From Candidatus Micrarchaeota archaeon (GTDB taxonomy: Archaea > Micrarchaeota > Micrarchaeia > Micrarchaeales > CABMGC01), in the NCBI GenBank assembly GCA_027449585.1, contig DAIDLJ010000005.1, positions 1 to 44,219 of the forward strand: 44,219 nucleotides of DNA, written 5' to 3'. This document shows positions 27,347 to 36,873 of the stretch, piece after piece; positions within the stretch are counted from its first letter, which is position 1; every line of letters starts with the position of its first letter. Both the position numbers and the translations under genes were made by a program. The notes below the pieces were generated by a model. The model did not search any database. It was not told the origin of the DNA and saw nothing but the letters and a program-made list of their open reading frames with translations.

Positions 27347-27471
27347 GCTTATCTAGAGCAATGTGTAGGTAAATGATGAAACTTCACGTATTATATTATA
27401 TATTAAAGTAAAAGGACGGAATGAAATTCCATAATTCTGTACAAAGTAACAAAGCAAAAATATAGAAATAT

Positions 27472-27816
27472 TTGCCCCGAAATAGGTTCATGGAAGGCTC
27501 GAAAAAAGCGGCAGTAATGAAGCGACTTGAAAAGTACAACATGACCCGCTTTCAGACGTCAGTTCTGCGTGCTACTCTTGATATACCAAAAGGGGAAGTG
27601 AGGACGTACAAGCAGATAGCCGCAAAAATCGGACATCCAAAGGCTTACCGCGCAGTTGGAAGTGCGCTTAAGGAGAATCCTCTGGCTCCGACAATCCCAT
27701 GCCATAGAGTTGTAAAGAGCAGTGGCGAACTGGGCAACTATTCAGGCCGCGGGGGGAAAAAGGGCAAGAGAAGGCTCCTTGAAATTGAAGGGTACATCAT
27801 AAAAAAGAACAGGTAG
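27472..27816 (+). CDS. ogt: methylated-DNA--protein-cysteine methyltransferase, catalytic domain only
   Basis: Active site IPCHRVV, preceded by an HTH (TYKQIAAKIGHPKAYRAVGSAL). Only 108-114 aa (ATG 27490 or TTG 27472), so the usual N-terminal domain is missing. Confidence 0.85.
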   Translation: MPRNRFMEGSKKAAVMKRLEKYNMTRFQTSVLRATLDIPKGEVRTYKQIAAKIGHPKAYRAVGSALKENPLAPTIPCHRVVKSSGELGNYSGRGGKKGKRRLLEIEGYIIKKNR

Positions 27817-27834
27817 AATTAGTTGCGCCGAGCG

Positions 27835-29601
27835 TTATCCGTCAACTTTTATCTTCTTCTGCTGGTCGAACATTTCAATTATCTCCTTTGTTGTCGTAGC
27901 ATCATCGGAACTCTTGTCCTCCCTTATTCCGTCGCTCACCAGTCTTGGAAACCTTAAGGCATATCCGGGCTCGTCCCCATTCTTGCCGCACGTGTGCATT
28001 GGAGACCTAGTTATCTCGTCGGCTCTTACGGTTATAACATATTCGGGCTCGACCCAGAAATCAGGCGCTATTAACGCCTCGACTCTTGCAGGCTTCTTTG
28101 GAAGCTTGCTCTTCTTTAGAAGATTGCCCAAATCCTGCATCTGCTTCTCGCTAAATCCAGTGCCTATCTTCGATATAGTCTCGAAGACGTCCTTCTTCTC
28201 GTTGTATACGCCGCCGAGCAGGCCGCCGAGTCCGAACTCGGTCCTCTGGCCCTTGCCTCTATAGTAGCCGAGTATTACAAGATCTATCGTGTCGGAGAGC
28301 TCTCCCTTGTAGCTCCTCTTGAGCTTTATCCAGCTGAACTTCCTTGCGCCGGCGATGTAGGGTGCCAAGAGATCCTTTGCGACTATTCCCTCAAGCCCGC
28401 TCTCAACGGCGTCCTCGAAGTACTTGTCTATCTGCTTAGGAGTAGTTGCTATTATCTTATCTGAGAATCTTATGAATCCGTCGCCATTTATTATCGACTC
28501 TAGCTTCTTCCTGCGCTCTTCGTACGGCTTGCCAAGATAATCCTCGCCATCGAGATACATCAAATCGAACGAGAAGAGGTGTATCGGTATCTCCTGGCTC
28601 TTCTCCTCTACGCCGTGCTTTCTCTTTCTCTGTATCGTTTCCTGGAACGGCCTGAACTCTCCGGTGACTTCGTCATAAGATATCGCTTCCCCCTCTATTA
28701 TCGCCTCTTTCGCATTGACCTCTGCAAGCGCAGCCTTTGCTATGTCAGGGAACATCCCGGTTAGGTCCTCAAGATTTCTTGAGAATATCTTAACCCTTCC
28801 CTTCTTCCTGTCTATATGGACCTGCGCCCTGAGGCCATCATATTTGCTCTCTATAGCACACCTGCCTCCCATCTTCTCGAGTATCTGCTCCGCTGTTGGC
28901 ATCCTCTCTGCGAGTGCCGGGCGTATGGGCTCGAAGATTGACACCTTTAGGCCGGCTATTCCCTTCATCCCTTTTTCGCTAAGTATGTAACCGACTTTTC
29001 CCAGGTCGCTGCATATGTTGTACGCATTCTCCAGCTCTGCCTTCGACTTCCTGTCACCAGTATATGCCTTGGATAGTGATTCCAATATGGTTGCATCTCC
29101 TGCTCCGAGACGGAGTTTTCCCAGAGCAAATCGGATTATGTATCTTGCCTCAAGAGGCGATGCGGATGCGAGCAGCTCGACTAAGGATCCGATCTTTGCG
29201 TCCTGACTTCCTGCGCCTGAAGTGCTCGCAATCTTCTTCATCGATTCGAACACGTGATTAATCTCGAGGTGCTTTTTAGACAGGGGCCTGAGCCTCCCTT
29301 TCCTTATTAGCTCCTCCGCAGTCTGACCGAGGTCGCCGGTCTTCCTAAAGATTGCTATTGCCTCGTCCTTTGAGTGCCCGCTGGCTATTGCTATGGCATT
29401 CTCTGCGAACTTCTCCGCTATGCCTATCTGAATACCTTCGAAAGGAGGAGCTAGTACGCCCTGAGTCAGGTATATCAGGTTTTTGATCTCATCCGGACTG
29501 GCTTTTGATAGCAGCTCTGAGAGTATGTCCACCATGCTGAGCCTTGATGAGGTGTTTTCGAGCTTCTCGTAATAGGCGGAAACCTCGTCAAAGAACATCA
29601 A
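27835..29601 (-). CDS. lig: ATP-dependent DNA ligase
   Basis: Adenylation motif I ESKYDGLRAQVH, further motifs (EGEAI, LFSFDLMYLDG, EGIVAK, WIKLK), and an N-terminal DNA-binding domain. 588 aa. Confidence 0.93.
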   Translation of the reverse strand: MMFFDEVSAYYEKLENTSSRLSMVDILSELLSKASPDEIKNLIYLTQGVLAPPFEGIQIGIAEKFAENAIAIASGHSKDEAIAIFRKTGDLGQTAEELIRKGRLRPLSKKHLEINHVFESMKKIASTSGAGSQDAKIGSLVELLASASPLEARYIIRFALGKLRLGAGDATILESLSKAYTGDRKSKAELENAYNICSDLGKVGYILSEKGMKGIAGLKVSIFEPIRPALAERMPTAEQILEKMGGRCAIESKYDGLRAQVHIDRKKGRVKIFSRNLEDLTGMFPDIAKAALAEVNAKEAIIEGEAISYDEVTGEFRPFQETIQRKRKHGVEEKSQEIPIHLFSFDLMYLDGEDYLGKPYEERRKKLESIINGDGFIRFSDKIIATTPKQIDKYFEDAVESGLEGIVAKDLLAPYIAGARKFSWIKLKRSYKGELSDTIDLVILGYYRGKGQRTEFGLGGLLGGVYNEKKDVFETISKIGTGFSEKQMQDLGNLLKKSKLPKKPARVEALIAPDFWVEPEYVITVRADEITRSPMHTCGKNGDEPGYALRFPRLVSDGIREDKSSDDATTTKEIIEMFDQQKKIKVDG

Positions 29602-29690
29602 AACACTCAGTTAATTCTGTCATGAAAGGTATATATTCGTGCTTCGGAAAGATGGCAGATTTATAATTTAATGATCCGATATATACATGG

Positions 29691-30317
29691 ATGCGTATGG
29701 AGTATGAAGGGTTGGACATCGCCACCGATGATAATGTATATGTTCCTGCAGAGGATTCTTTTCTTGCAGCCGAGACAATAAAGGAGGAATTGGATAGTTT
29801 TGAGGGGAGCGTAAGCGTTGCAGACATAGGATGCGGCAGCGGAATACTCGGGCTCGTTGCAGGCACTAATCCGAATGTGGATAAGGTAGTATTTGCAGAC
29901 ATAAGCGATGACGCATTGAAGCTGTGCCAGATGAATGTGGATAGAAATTGCCCCGTGGTCAGGGCAAACTGCATAGTCAAGAAGAGCGACCTATTTTCAG
30001 AAGTTTCCGGAAACTTCGACCTGATAATATTCAACGCGCCATACCTTCCAGACAAAGACAATAGCAAGATTGCTGGCGCCTGGTATGGCGGAAAGACAGG
30101 CATAGAAGTCTCGGTTGATTTCCTGCGGCAGGCAGTAAATCACATGAACGATGAATCAAGGATAATAATCGTCGAGAGCTCTTTTGGGGATATAGATACG
30201 CTTAATAGGGAGATAAGCAACCTTGGGCTCTATGTATCTAGGGAAAAGAGGCAGCACATAAGCTTTGAGGATATAATAGTAATGGTGCTTGGCAGGGCTG
30301 ACTGGTTTGGATCCTGA
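29691..30317 (+). CDS. HemK-related archaeal methyltransferase (Mtq2/PrmC-like protein N5-glutamine methyltransferase)
   Basis: YVPAEDSFL, SAM motif ADIGCGSGILG, and catalytic IIFNAPYLP (NPPY variant NAPY). The layout matches the hemK_rel_arch family. Confidence 0.75.
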   Translation: MRMEYEGLDIATDDNVYVPAEDSFLAAETIKEELDSFEGSVSVADIGCGSGILGLVAGTNPNVDKVVFADISDDALKLCQMNVDRNCPVVRANCIVKKSDLFSEVSGNFDLIIFNAPYLPDKDNSKIAGAWYGGKTGIEVSVDFLRQAVNHMNDESRIIIVESSFGDIDTLNREISNLGLYVSREKRQHISFEDIIVMVLGRADWFGS

Positions 30318-30322
30318 AAGGA

Positions 30323-31576
30323 TCACTCATCTTTTATCTTAAGCACTCTCTTCACTGTGGCCAGAGCATCAATTACCCTGTCGATCTCCTCCTGCTTGTT
30401 ATACAAATAGAAGCTCATCCTGGATACGGCTGGAAGGCCAAGCACGCCGACCACCAGCGGCATCGCGCAGTGGTGGCCTGCCCTTATCGCTATTCCTTCG
30501 GCATCGAATATGGTTGAGACGTCATGAGGATGCGCTCCTTTTATTCTAAATGAGATCAGCCCCTCCTTTTTGGCTATGTCGCCTTTGCCAGGCCCGAATA
30601 TCTGCATGCCGTTTACCTCCCCTAGCCTGTTGAATGCATATTTTAGCAGCCCCATCTCGTGCTCTCGGATGTTATCTAGGCCTACTGAATTTAGATATTT
30701 GATTGCCGCGCCAAACCCTATTGCGCCCTCTATGTTTGGTGTTCCTGACTCGAACTTCCATGGAAGCTCGTTCCAATCGGCAGACTCAAAAGTCACGGAG
30801 CGTATCATATCGCTACCCACAATCGCAGGAGTTGTCTCTTCAAGCAGCTCCTCCTTACCATAAAGTACCCCTATTCCAGAAGGCCCGAGCATCTTGTGGC
30901 TTGAAAGCGCAAGGAAGTCGCAGTCGATCTCCTTCACGTCCACCTTGCCGTGGGGCGCAGATTGCGCAGCATCGAGCATGACAACTGCTCCGGAATCGTG
31001 AGCCATCTTCGTCATGAGTTTTGCGTCGTTTATCGTGCCTAGCACATTCGATGCGTTGGTGAAGGCCACTATCTTCGGCTTGGACTCGAGCTTCTTGCCG
31101 AAATCGTCCATGTCTATGAAGGAATTATCTCTGAGCTTCACGTGATCGAGTATGGCGCCTTTCCTCCTTGCAAGCATCAGCCATGGGACTATGTTGCTGT
31201 GGTGCTCCATGTCCGTCACGAGTATGTGATCCCCCTTGTTTATCCTTGGCTCGGCATACGACAATGCAGCTATGTTTATAGCGTCCGTGGTGTTCCTACA
31301 GTATATTATATTGCGATATGAATCCGCATTTATGAATTTGGCCGCCAGCTCCTTCGACTCGACGTATGCATCAGTCGATTTCATTGATATCTCATACAGA
31401 CCGCGATGTATGTTGGAGTTGTAGGTCTCATAATACTCTTTTACAGCATCTATTACAGCGCTTGGCTTCTGCGATGTTGAAGCGCTGTCTAGATATGCAA
31501 GAGGTTTCCCGTGAGATTTTGTGCTTAGTATGGGAAAGTCGTTCCTTATCCGGTCGACGTCTAATGCCATATTCAC
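30323..31576 (-). CDS. sufS: cysteine desulfurase SufS (class II)
   Basis: PLP lysine in LSSHKMLGPSGIG and catalytic Cys in RAGHHCAMPL. Overlaps sufC by 4 nt. Confidence 0.9.
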   Translation of the reverse strand: MNMALDVDRIRNDFPILSTKSHGKPLAYLDSASTSQKPSAVIDAVKEYYETYNSNIHRGLYEISMKSTDAYVESKELAAKFINADSYRNIIYCRNTTDAINIAALSYAEPRINKGDHILVTDMEHHSNIVPWLMLARRKGAILDHVKLRDNSFIDMDDFGKKLESKPKIVAFTNASNVLGTINDAKLMTKMAHDSGAVVMLDAAQSAPHGKVDVKEIDCDFLALSSHKMLGPSGIGVLYGKEELLEETTPAIVGSDMIRSVTFESADWNELPWKFESGTPNIEGAIGFGAAIKYLNSVGLDNIREHEMGLLKYAFNRLGEVNGMQIFGPGKGDIAKKEGLISFRIKGAHPHDVSTIFDAEGIAIRAGHHCAMPLVVGVLGLPAVSRMSFYLYNKQEEIDRVIDALATVKRVLKIKDE

Positions 31577-32304
31577 TCATCCAGCTTGTAACCTTCTTTC
31601 TCAATCTCTGTTATTAACTCTTTTCCACCCTCTCGCACTATCTTGCCGTTTGCCATAACGTGTATGAACTGCGGGTCCATGTAACTAAGTATGCGGCTGT
31701 AGTGCGTTATTAGGAGTATGCTCATTCCTGTCCTCTCCCTTATGTGGTTTATGTTTTCAGCTACTATCTTTACTGCATCTATATCAAGTCCCGAATCAGG
31801 CTCATCAAGTATGGCTAGTTTCGGACCGAGCATTGACATTTGTAGTATCTCCATCTTCTTCTTTTCGCCTCCCGAGAAGCCGTAGTTGAGCGACCTACCT
31901 ATCAAGTCTTCCCTTAGCTTTAGGCTCTCTCCGTTCTTCTTTATCTCTCCCATGAATTCCTTGTAGGATATCTTCTCCTTGCTCAAAGCGCCCCTTGCAG
32001 AATTAAGAAAGTTCACTATTCCTAATCCTTCAATTTCAACAGGATTCTGGAACTGCAAAAATATTCCGAGCTTTGCGCGCTCATTGACTGGCATTTCGTT
32101 TATCTTCTCCCCATCGAAGAGTATGTTGCCCTGTGTTATTTTTACATTGGGATGACCCATTATCGATTTGGCAAGCGTTGTCTTCCCGCTTCCATTAGGT
32201 CCCATTAGAACATGCAGCTCGTTCTTGCCAATTTTGAGATTCACTCCCTTAAGCACATTCCTCTGCTCCGCATCCGCATGTAGATTATTTATTTCAAGTA
32301 ACAT
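31573..32304 (-). CDS. sufC: Fe-S cluster assembly ATPase SufC
   Basis: Walker A GPNGSGKTT, ABC signature FSGGEKKK, and Walker B ILDEPDSGLD. Confidence 0.93.
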   Translation of the reverse strand: MLLEINNLHADAEQRNVLKGVNLKIGKNELHVLMGPNGSGKTTLAKSIMGHPNVKITQGNILFDGEKINEMPVNERAKLGIFLQFQNPVEIEGLGIVNFLNSARGALSKEKISYKEFMGEIKKNGESLKLREDLIGRSLNYGFSGGEKKKMEILQMSMLGPKLAILDEPDSGLDIDAVKIVAENINHIRERTGMSILLITHYSRILSYMDPQFIHVMANGKIVREGGKELITEIEKEGYKLDE

Positions 32305-32312
32305 TTTTCCAC

Positions 32313-33557
32313 CTATTTGCTTATCCAGACTCCCTTCGCATTGAGATCCGAAATAATCCCGAAGGTTCCCCGTTCAAGCTTTTGAAGCATGACGTCCATG
32401 GCTATCTCGCTTGCCGCGCCGTTTGTCATATTCGATAAGTATTTTGACATAAATGCTATTATGAATGCCTTCTTTGCCTGTGCTTCCTCAAGGCCCCTTG
32501 ATTGGAGGTAAAAGAGCGCTTCCTTGTCTATTGGCGAGGTGGCTGCGGAGTGCGTAGCCTTGACCTCGTTGCTATAATCTATCGACATGTCCGGAAGTGC
32601 GTCTATGTGGGCGTCGGGGCTGAGAAGTATCCCACGCTCAGTTATCCTGGAGAAGCATCCCTTAGTCCCTTTCTCCACCTTTGCAAATCCCTTCAGCATG
32701 CACTGGGAATTGCCATCGAGTACGGCTCCAGAATTTAACTGCGCATGACTCCTGGGCCTTGTATTTGAGATTGAATTGCTAAGATCGAACCTCTGCGAAC
32801 CGTTGCCAAAAGCGATCTCATTTATATCGACAATGCTCTCTGTGCCGGACGAATCGACTATGCCTCGTGACTTTGTAACATGCCCGCCATTGTAAACAAA
32901 ATTTGCGCGCAGTTTTGTGCTGTTTCCCACATCTGCCTTGTAAAGATTGACCACATCTGTTTCCCTGCCTTCATTATGCAGGGCGTTGATCTCGACTTCA
33001 GAGCCGTCTGCTGCATTTATCTCATGCAGCACGGCCACTGCGCCTTTCTTTTCGGATTCAGAAACAAATATTTCAAAGACGTTTACCCTTGACCCTGCAG
33101 CGGCATTTATGATCACTTGCACTGTGAGTGCTTCGCTGTTGAGAAAGAGCAGGTTTACGCGCTTATCCTCTTTTCCTTCTGCGTTTATCACCAGAAAGTC
33201 TCTTGAATGCGCATTGACATATGCGGCTAGTTTGTCGTCACTGCTCTTGAATAGTTTCTTTCCATCAAAGTGTGCGTAGAGGTCCTCCCACTTCAACACC
33301 TTAACCAAATCGCTATTTGATTTGGACGTTTCCCCGGAAACAATCGCGTCGAATTTTATCTTTGTGCTCTCGGATACCTGACGGGATATCCTTTCCAACT
33401 CTTTGCTGTCCTTTGCGTGGTTGCTTTCCGGAAGAGATACTTCCATTGAGTATTTCTTATACAATGGATTTGGCTCCTGCGGCAGCTCACCATAATTAGA
33501 TAGTGCATCTTTTACGAATTCCTCTCTAGAAAGCATGAAATCAGTCTCAGCCGACAC
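32313..33557 (-). CDS. sufD: Fe-S cluster assembly protein SufD
   Basis: SufB/D beta-helix C-terminal region (…LLSPDAHIDALPDMSIDYSNEVKATHSAATSPIDKEALFYLQSRGL…). Lacks the SufB-specific N-terminus. Overlaps sufB by 11 nt. Confidence 0.85.
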   Translation of the reverse strand: MSAETDFMLSREEFVKDALSNYGELPQEPNPLYKKYSMEVSLPESNHAKDSKELERISRQVSESTKIKFDAIVSGETSKSNSDLVKVLKWEDLYAHFDGKKLFKSSDDKLAAYVNAHSRDFLVINAEGKEDKRVNLLFLNSEALTVQVIINAAAGSRVNVFEIFVSESEKKGAVAVLHEINAADGSEVEINALHNEGRETDVVNLYKADVGNSTKLRANFVYNGGHVTKSRGIVDSSGTESIVDINEIAFGNGSQRFDLSNSISNTRPRSHAQLNSGAVLDGNSQCMLKGFAKVEKGTKGCFSRITERGILLSPDAHIDALPDMSIDYSNEVKATHSAATSPIDKEALFYLQSRGLEEAQAKKAFIIAFMSKYLSNMTNGAASEIAMDVMLQKLERGTFGIISDLNAKGVWISK

Positions 33558-34962
33558 CCTTGCTCGTATCCAGTTTTATGAGTCGCTTAAGCTCCAGTGA
33601 GTATTCGAGCGGAAGCACCTTTGTTAGGTCCTCTATGAAACCCAGCACTATCATCGCAGTGGCGTCATCCTCGGATATCCCCCTTGACATGAGGTAGAAT
33701 ATCTCTTCGTCGCTTATCTTCCCAACCTTTGCCTCATGGCTTATCATTGCGTCGCTCCTGTTTATCTGATTGTACGGATAGGTATTGGTCTTTGCATTTT
33801 CGTCAAGAAGAAGGGCATCGCATGAGACATGAGACTTCACGTCTGCCGCGTTTTTGGCAACATGAAGAAGCCCCCTAAAACTCGTAACCCCAGATCCTTT
33901 TGAGACGCTCTTTGAGATTATCTTAGATGTTGTATTGGAAGCGAGGTGATATATCTTTCCGCCAGAATCCTGAACCTGCCCCTCGCCTGCGAGAGCTATG
34001 GAGAGAACCTCGCCGCTTGACCCTTCACCCTGAAGGAATATAGAGGGATATTTCATGTTTATCCTGCTGCCTATATTGGCATCTATCCATTCGACTCTTG
34101 CACCTTCAGCTGCGTGTGCCCTTTGCGTGACCAGATTGTAGACGTTCTTCGACCAGTTCTGTATAGTTACATATCTTATATGTGCATTCTTCAGCGCCAC
34201 TAGCTCCACAACGGCTGCATGCAGGGAATTAGATGCGTATACCGGAGCAGTGCACCCCTCCAGATACACTACATCTGCACCTTCGTCGGCGATTATTAGC
34301 GTCCTCTCGAATTGCCCCGAATTTCTCGCATTTATCCTAAAGTACGCATTGAGAGGCATTGGGACCTTTACGCCCTTTGGCACGTATATGAAGCTTCCTC
34401 CGCTCCATGTGGCAGTGTTGAGCGCCGCAAACTTGTTGTCGGTAGGAGGTATTATCCTGCCCCAGTACTTCTTCATGAGCTCCGGATACTTCTTAACGGC
34501 AGTGTCAGTATCTGTGAATATTACCCCGAGCTTCTCGAGCTCCTCGTTTATGTGGGAGTACACTACTGAACTGTCGAATTGCGCTTCCGCTCCTGCAAAG
34601 AATTTCCTCTCGGCTTCTGGAACGCCGAGCTTATCGAATGTCTGCTTTATATCATCCGGTACGTTGTCCCACTTGTTGGACTCCTTTTGCGACTTGGGAT
34701 TCATGTAATAATAGAAATCATCAAATTTTATGCCGCTAAGGTCTGCTCCCCATTGCGGCATTGGCTTGCTCTCGAATACCTTGTACGCTGTGAGCCGCCG
34801 CTCGAGCATCCATTCGGGCTCGTCCTTGAGTTTTGATATGAGCCTGACTACCTTTTCTGATATGCCTTTTGGAAACTCGTCGTAGGACACGTCCTGGTAG
34901 AACCCATACTTGTCCATGTATTCCTTCTTCTCGACTACCTCTTCCAGACCTTCATTTGACAT
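33547..34962 (-). CDS. sufB: Fe-S cluster assembly scaffold SufB
   Basis: Typical SufB sequence (…YVPKGVKVPMPLNAYFRIN…, HEAKVGKISDEEIFYLMSRGI…). 471 aa, with no intein. Confidence 0.93.
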   Translation of the reverse strand: MSNEGLEEVVEKKEYMDKYGFYQDVSYDEFPKGISEKVVRLISKLKDEPEWMLERRLTAYKVFESKPMPQWGADLSGIKFDDFYYYMNPKSQKESNKWDNVPDDIKQTFDKLGVPEAERKFFAGAEAQFDSSVVYSHINEELEKLGVIFTDTDTAVKKYPELMKKYWGRIIPPTDNKFAALNTATWSGGSFIYVPKGVKVPMPLNAYFRINARNSGQFERTLIIADEGADVVYLEGCTAPVYASNSLHAAVVELVALKNAHIRYVTIQNWSKNVYNLVTQRAHAAEGARVEWIDANIGSRINMKYPSIFLQGEGSSGEVLSIALAGEGQVQDSGGKIYHLASNTTSKIISKSVSKGSGVTSFRGLLHVAKNAADVKSHVSCDALLLDENAKTNTYPYNQINRSDAMISHEAKVGKISDEEIFYLMSRGISEDDATAMIVLGFIEDLTKVLPLEYSLELKRLIKLDTSKGVG

Positions 34963-34971
34963 AAGAAAACC

Positions 34972-35307
34972 TTAATTAGCGCCCTTGTTAAGAGCAGAAA
35001 ACTTGCAATCGAACTTGTTGAGCGTTCCGCACAGGGAGCAGACGCATGCCCTGAGCCTTGCCTTGTCCCCTTTTGCTATATCCGCTATGTACGGGGAGAG
35101 ATCAGAACTCGATATGCTGCTGCATAGTCTCTCGACGGAAGCTGAACACTTTTTGTTCAAGTACTTGCTGACTGCCGCCTGGGCCACGCCGAGTATCTGC
35201 GCTATCCTGCTTTCACTCATGCCATATTTTTCCTTGAGCGTCCTGGCTATTACGATCCTTGCCGCAGGTATTACCTCTTCTGATGCACGCTCGTAGCCGT
35301 TGGCCAT
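34972..35307 (-). CDS. HTH transcriptional regulator with Cys-rich C-terminal half (candidate Fe-S/redox-sensing regulator of the suf operon)
   Basis: HTH segment MSESRIAQILGVAQAAVSKYL. Six Cys at positions 54, 62, 88, 90, 93 and 101 (CVCSLC...C). Sits 9 nt upstream of sufB on the same strand. Confidence 0.7.
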   Translation of the reverse strand: MANGYERASEEVIPAARIVIARTLKEKYGMSESRIAQILGVAQAAVSKYLNKKCSASVERLCSSISSSDLSPYIADIAKGDKARLRACVCSLCGTLNKFDCKFSALNKGAN

Positions 35308-35317
35308 TTAAAGCACT

Positions 35318-35334
35318 TTATAACAGAGTTATAA
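35318..35334. promoter_or_regulatory. 17-bp perfect palindrome TTATAAC-AGA-GTTATAA overlapping the TATA region of the suf-regulator promoter
   Basis: Read directly from the sequence, 11-27 nt upstream of the regulator ATG (35307). This spacing fits a leaderless or short-leader transcript. Confidence 0.45.
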
Positions 35335-35417
35335 GGGCTCCGCATCTATTTATATTTATCTATAATCCCGGTACTTTTATCAGGCTCTTGCAGGTTCAAA
35401 GATTACGTTTATAACAC

Positions 35418-35909
35418 TTGTTAACAAGATTTAATCTGCGTGTTGCTATGCTGCATGACTCATTTTCACACGAATATGCATTTATGGGATTTGACGACCT
35501 TAGCCCGAGATACAAGAAGCTCCTGATGTCGGCAAAAGGCGCAATGAAGAACTATTACGACCCCTACAAGAACAATATGATAGGAGCTTCGGTGCTCACT
35601 GAATCGGGAAAGATGATATCTGCAGCCAATGTAAACAATAGCTCATCGATAAACAGCACATGCGCAGAGCGCTCTGCGATAGCTAAGGCGAATTCGGTTG
35701 GTGAGCGCAGGTTTAGGGCAGTTGCAGTTATTGGGAAGCCTGGCAACGGAAAGAATTACACGATAACGCCGTGCGGATCTTGCAGGCAAGTCATATATGA
35801 ATTTGCAAGATACTCTAAAAGGGATCTTGACGTGATAATGTCAAACGGAACAATGGACAAGATAATAGTGCTTAAGATCTCTGAGCTTTTGCCGCTTGCT
35901 TACAGATAG
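35418..35909 (+). CDS. cdd: cytidine deaminase (homotetrameric type)
   Basis: Zinc ligands in CAERSAI and PCGSCRQVI. The ORF-track start is TTG; ATGs at 35448 and 35484 are more likely starts. Confidence 0.85.
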   Translation: MLTRFNLRVAMLHDSFSHEYAFMGFDDLSPRYKKLLMSAKGAMKNYYDPYKNNMIGASVLTESGKMISAANVNNSSSINSTCAERSAIAKANSVGERRFRAVAVIGKPGNGKNYTITPCGSCRQVIYEFARYSKRDLDVIMSNGTMDKIIVLKISELLPLAYR

Positions 35910-35953
35910 AAATATATTCATCCCTCCCAGACTTACAGTGACTGGACTTTGTT

Positions 35954-36490
35954 TTATTTATCTATTCCGAATTCCTTCTTTATCTTGCCAACCTTTGGCC
36001 GTATCACAAATATGCAGTAGGCATTGATGGGATTCTTCTCAAAGTATTTCTGGTGTTCTTCCTCAGCCGGATAGAATTTTTCAAGTTTTTTGACCTCGGT
36101 TACTATCGGCCTGGCGAACCTCTTCTGGAGCTCCTTGATGAAAAGCGTTATGGCATCCTTCTGATCCTGCGTGGTATAGAGTATTATTGAACGATACTCT
36201 GTACCGATATCTGCCATTTGCCGATTTGGCGTGGTGGGATCGTGCATCTTGAAGAAAATATCCAGTATCTTGTTCAGTTGAGTCTTCTCTGGATCATACT
36301 CTACCATGCATACCTCTGCATGGCCCGTACGGCCGCCTGCCACGGACCAATAATCAGGATTACTGGATTTTCCTCCAGCGTAGCCGACGGTTGTCTTTAG
36401 AACCCCATCGAACATTGAAAATACTGCCTCTGTGCACCAGAAGCAACCTCCACCAAGCACTATAGTTTCGCGCTTATTTTCCATCATCAT
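35954..36490 (-). CDS. msrA: peptide-methionine (S)-S-oxide reductase
   Basis: Catalytic motif GGGCFWCTEAVF. Overlaps the msrB 3' end by 17 nt. Confidence 0.92.
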   Translation of the reverse strand: MMMENKRETIVLGGGCFWCTEAVFSMFDGVLKTTVGYAGGKSSNPDYWSVAGGRTGHAEVCMVEYDPEKTQLNKILDIFFKMHDPTTPNRQMADIGTEYRSIILYTTQDQKDAITLFIKELQKRFARPIVTEVKKLEKFYPAEEEHQKYFEKNPINAYCIFVIRPKVGKIKKEFGIDK

Positions 36491-36869
36491 CCTTCTTTTC
36501 AGGTATAAATTTCATGGAGATCGAGTTCACACAGTGCCTTTCATCTGTTTTAGTGAACCCCTCGCCCTTGAATAGGTGGCCAAGATGAGCGCCGCATCTT
36601 GCACATTCGAGCTCGTCTGCTGCGCCTAGCATCTTATGCGTAAAATCTGGCATGACGTGTTTTACGGCCCCAGCAATCTCAGTGTCAAATGCGGGCCATC
36701 CGCAGTGCGCATCGAATTTGCTATCGGACTTATAAAGAGGCAGGCCGCACCGTCTGCATACATAAGTGCCCTTCTTGAAGAAATTATCATACTCCCCTGA
36801 AAATGGCGCTTCCGTGCCTTTATGCATAATTATGGATTCTTCTTCCCTTGTAAGCTTGTTTAACTTCAC
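36474..36869 (-). CDS. msrB: peptide-methionine (R)-S-oxide reductase
   Basis: Two CxxC zinc pairs (CRRCGLPLY, CARCGAHLGHLF) and catalytic RHCVNS. Confidence 0.92.
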   Translation of the reverse strand: MKLNKLTREEESIIMHKGTEAPFSGEYDNFFKKGTYVCRRCGLPLYKSDSKFDAHCGWPAFDTEIAGAVKHVMPDFTHKMLGAADELECARCGAHLGHLFKGEGFTKTDERHCVNSISMKFIPEKKDDDGK

Positions 36870-36873
36870 CGGG

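Noticed and set aside
27306-27471. AT-rich 166-nt spacer between ftsZ1 and ogt, considered as a replication-origin or DNA-unwinding element.
   Set aside because: There is no adjacent orc1/cdc6 gene and no repeated ORB-like boxes. It is adequately explained as two divergent TATA promoters.
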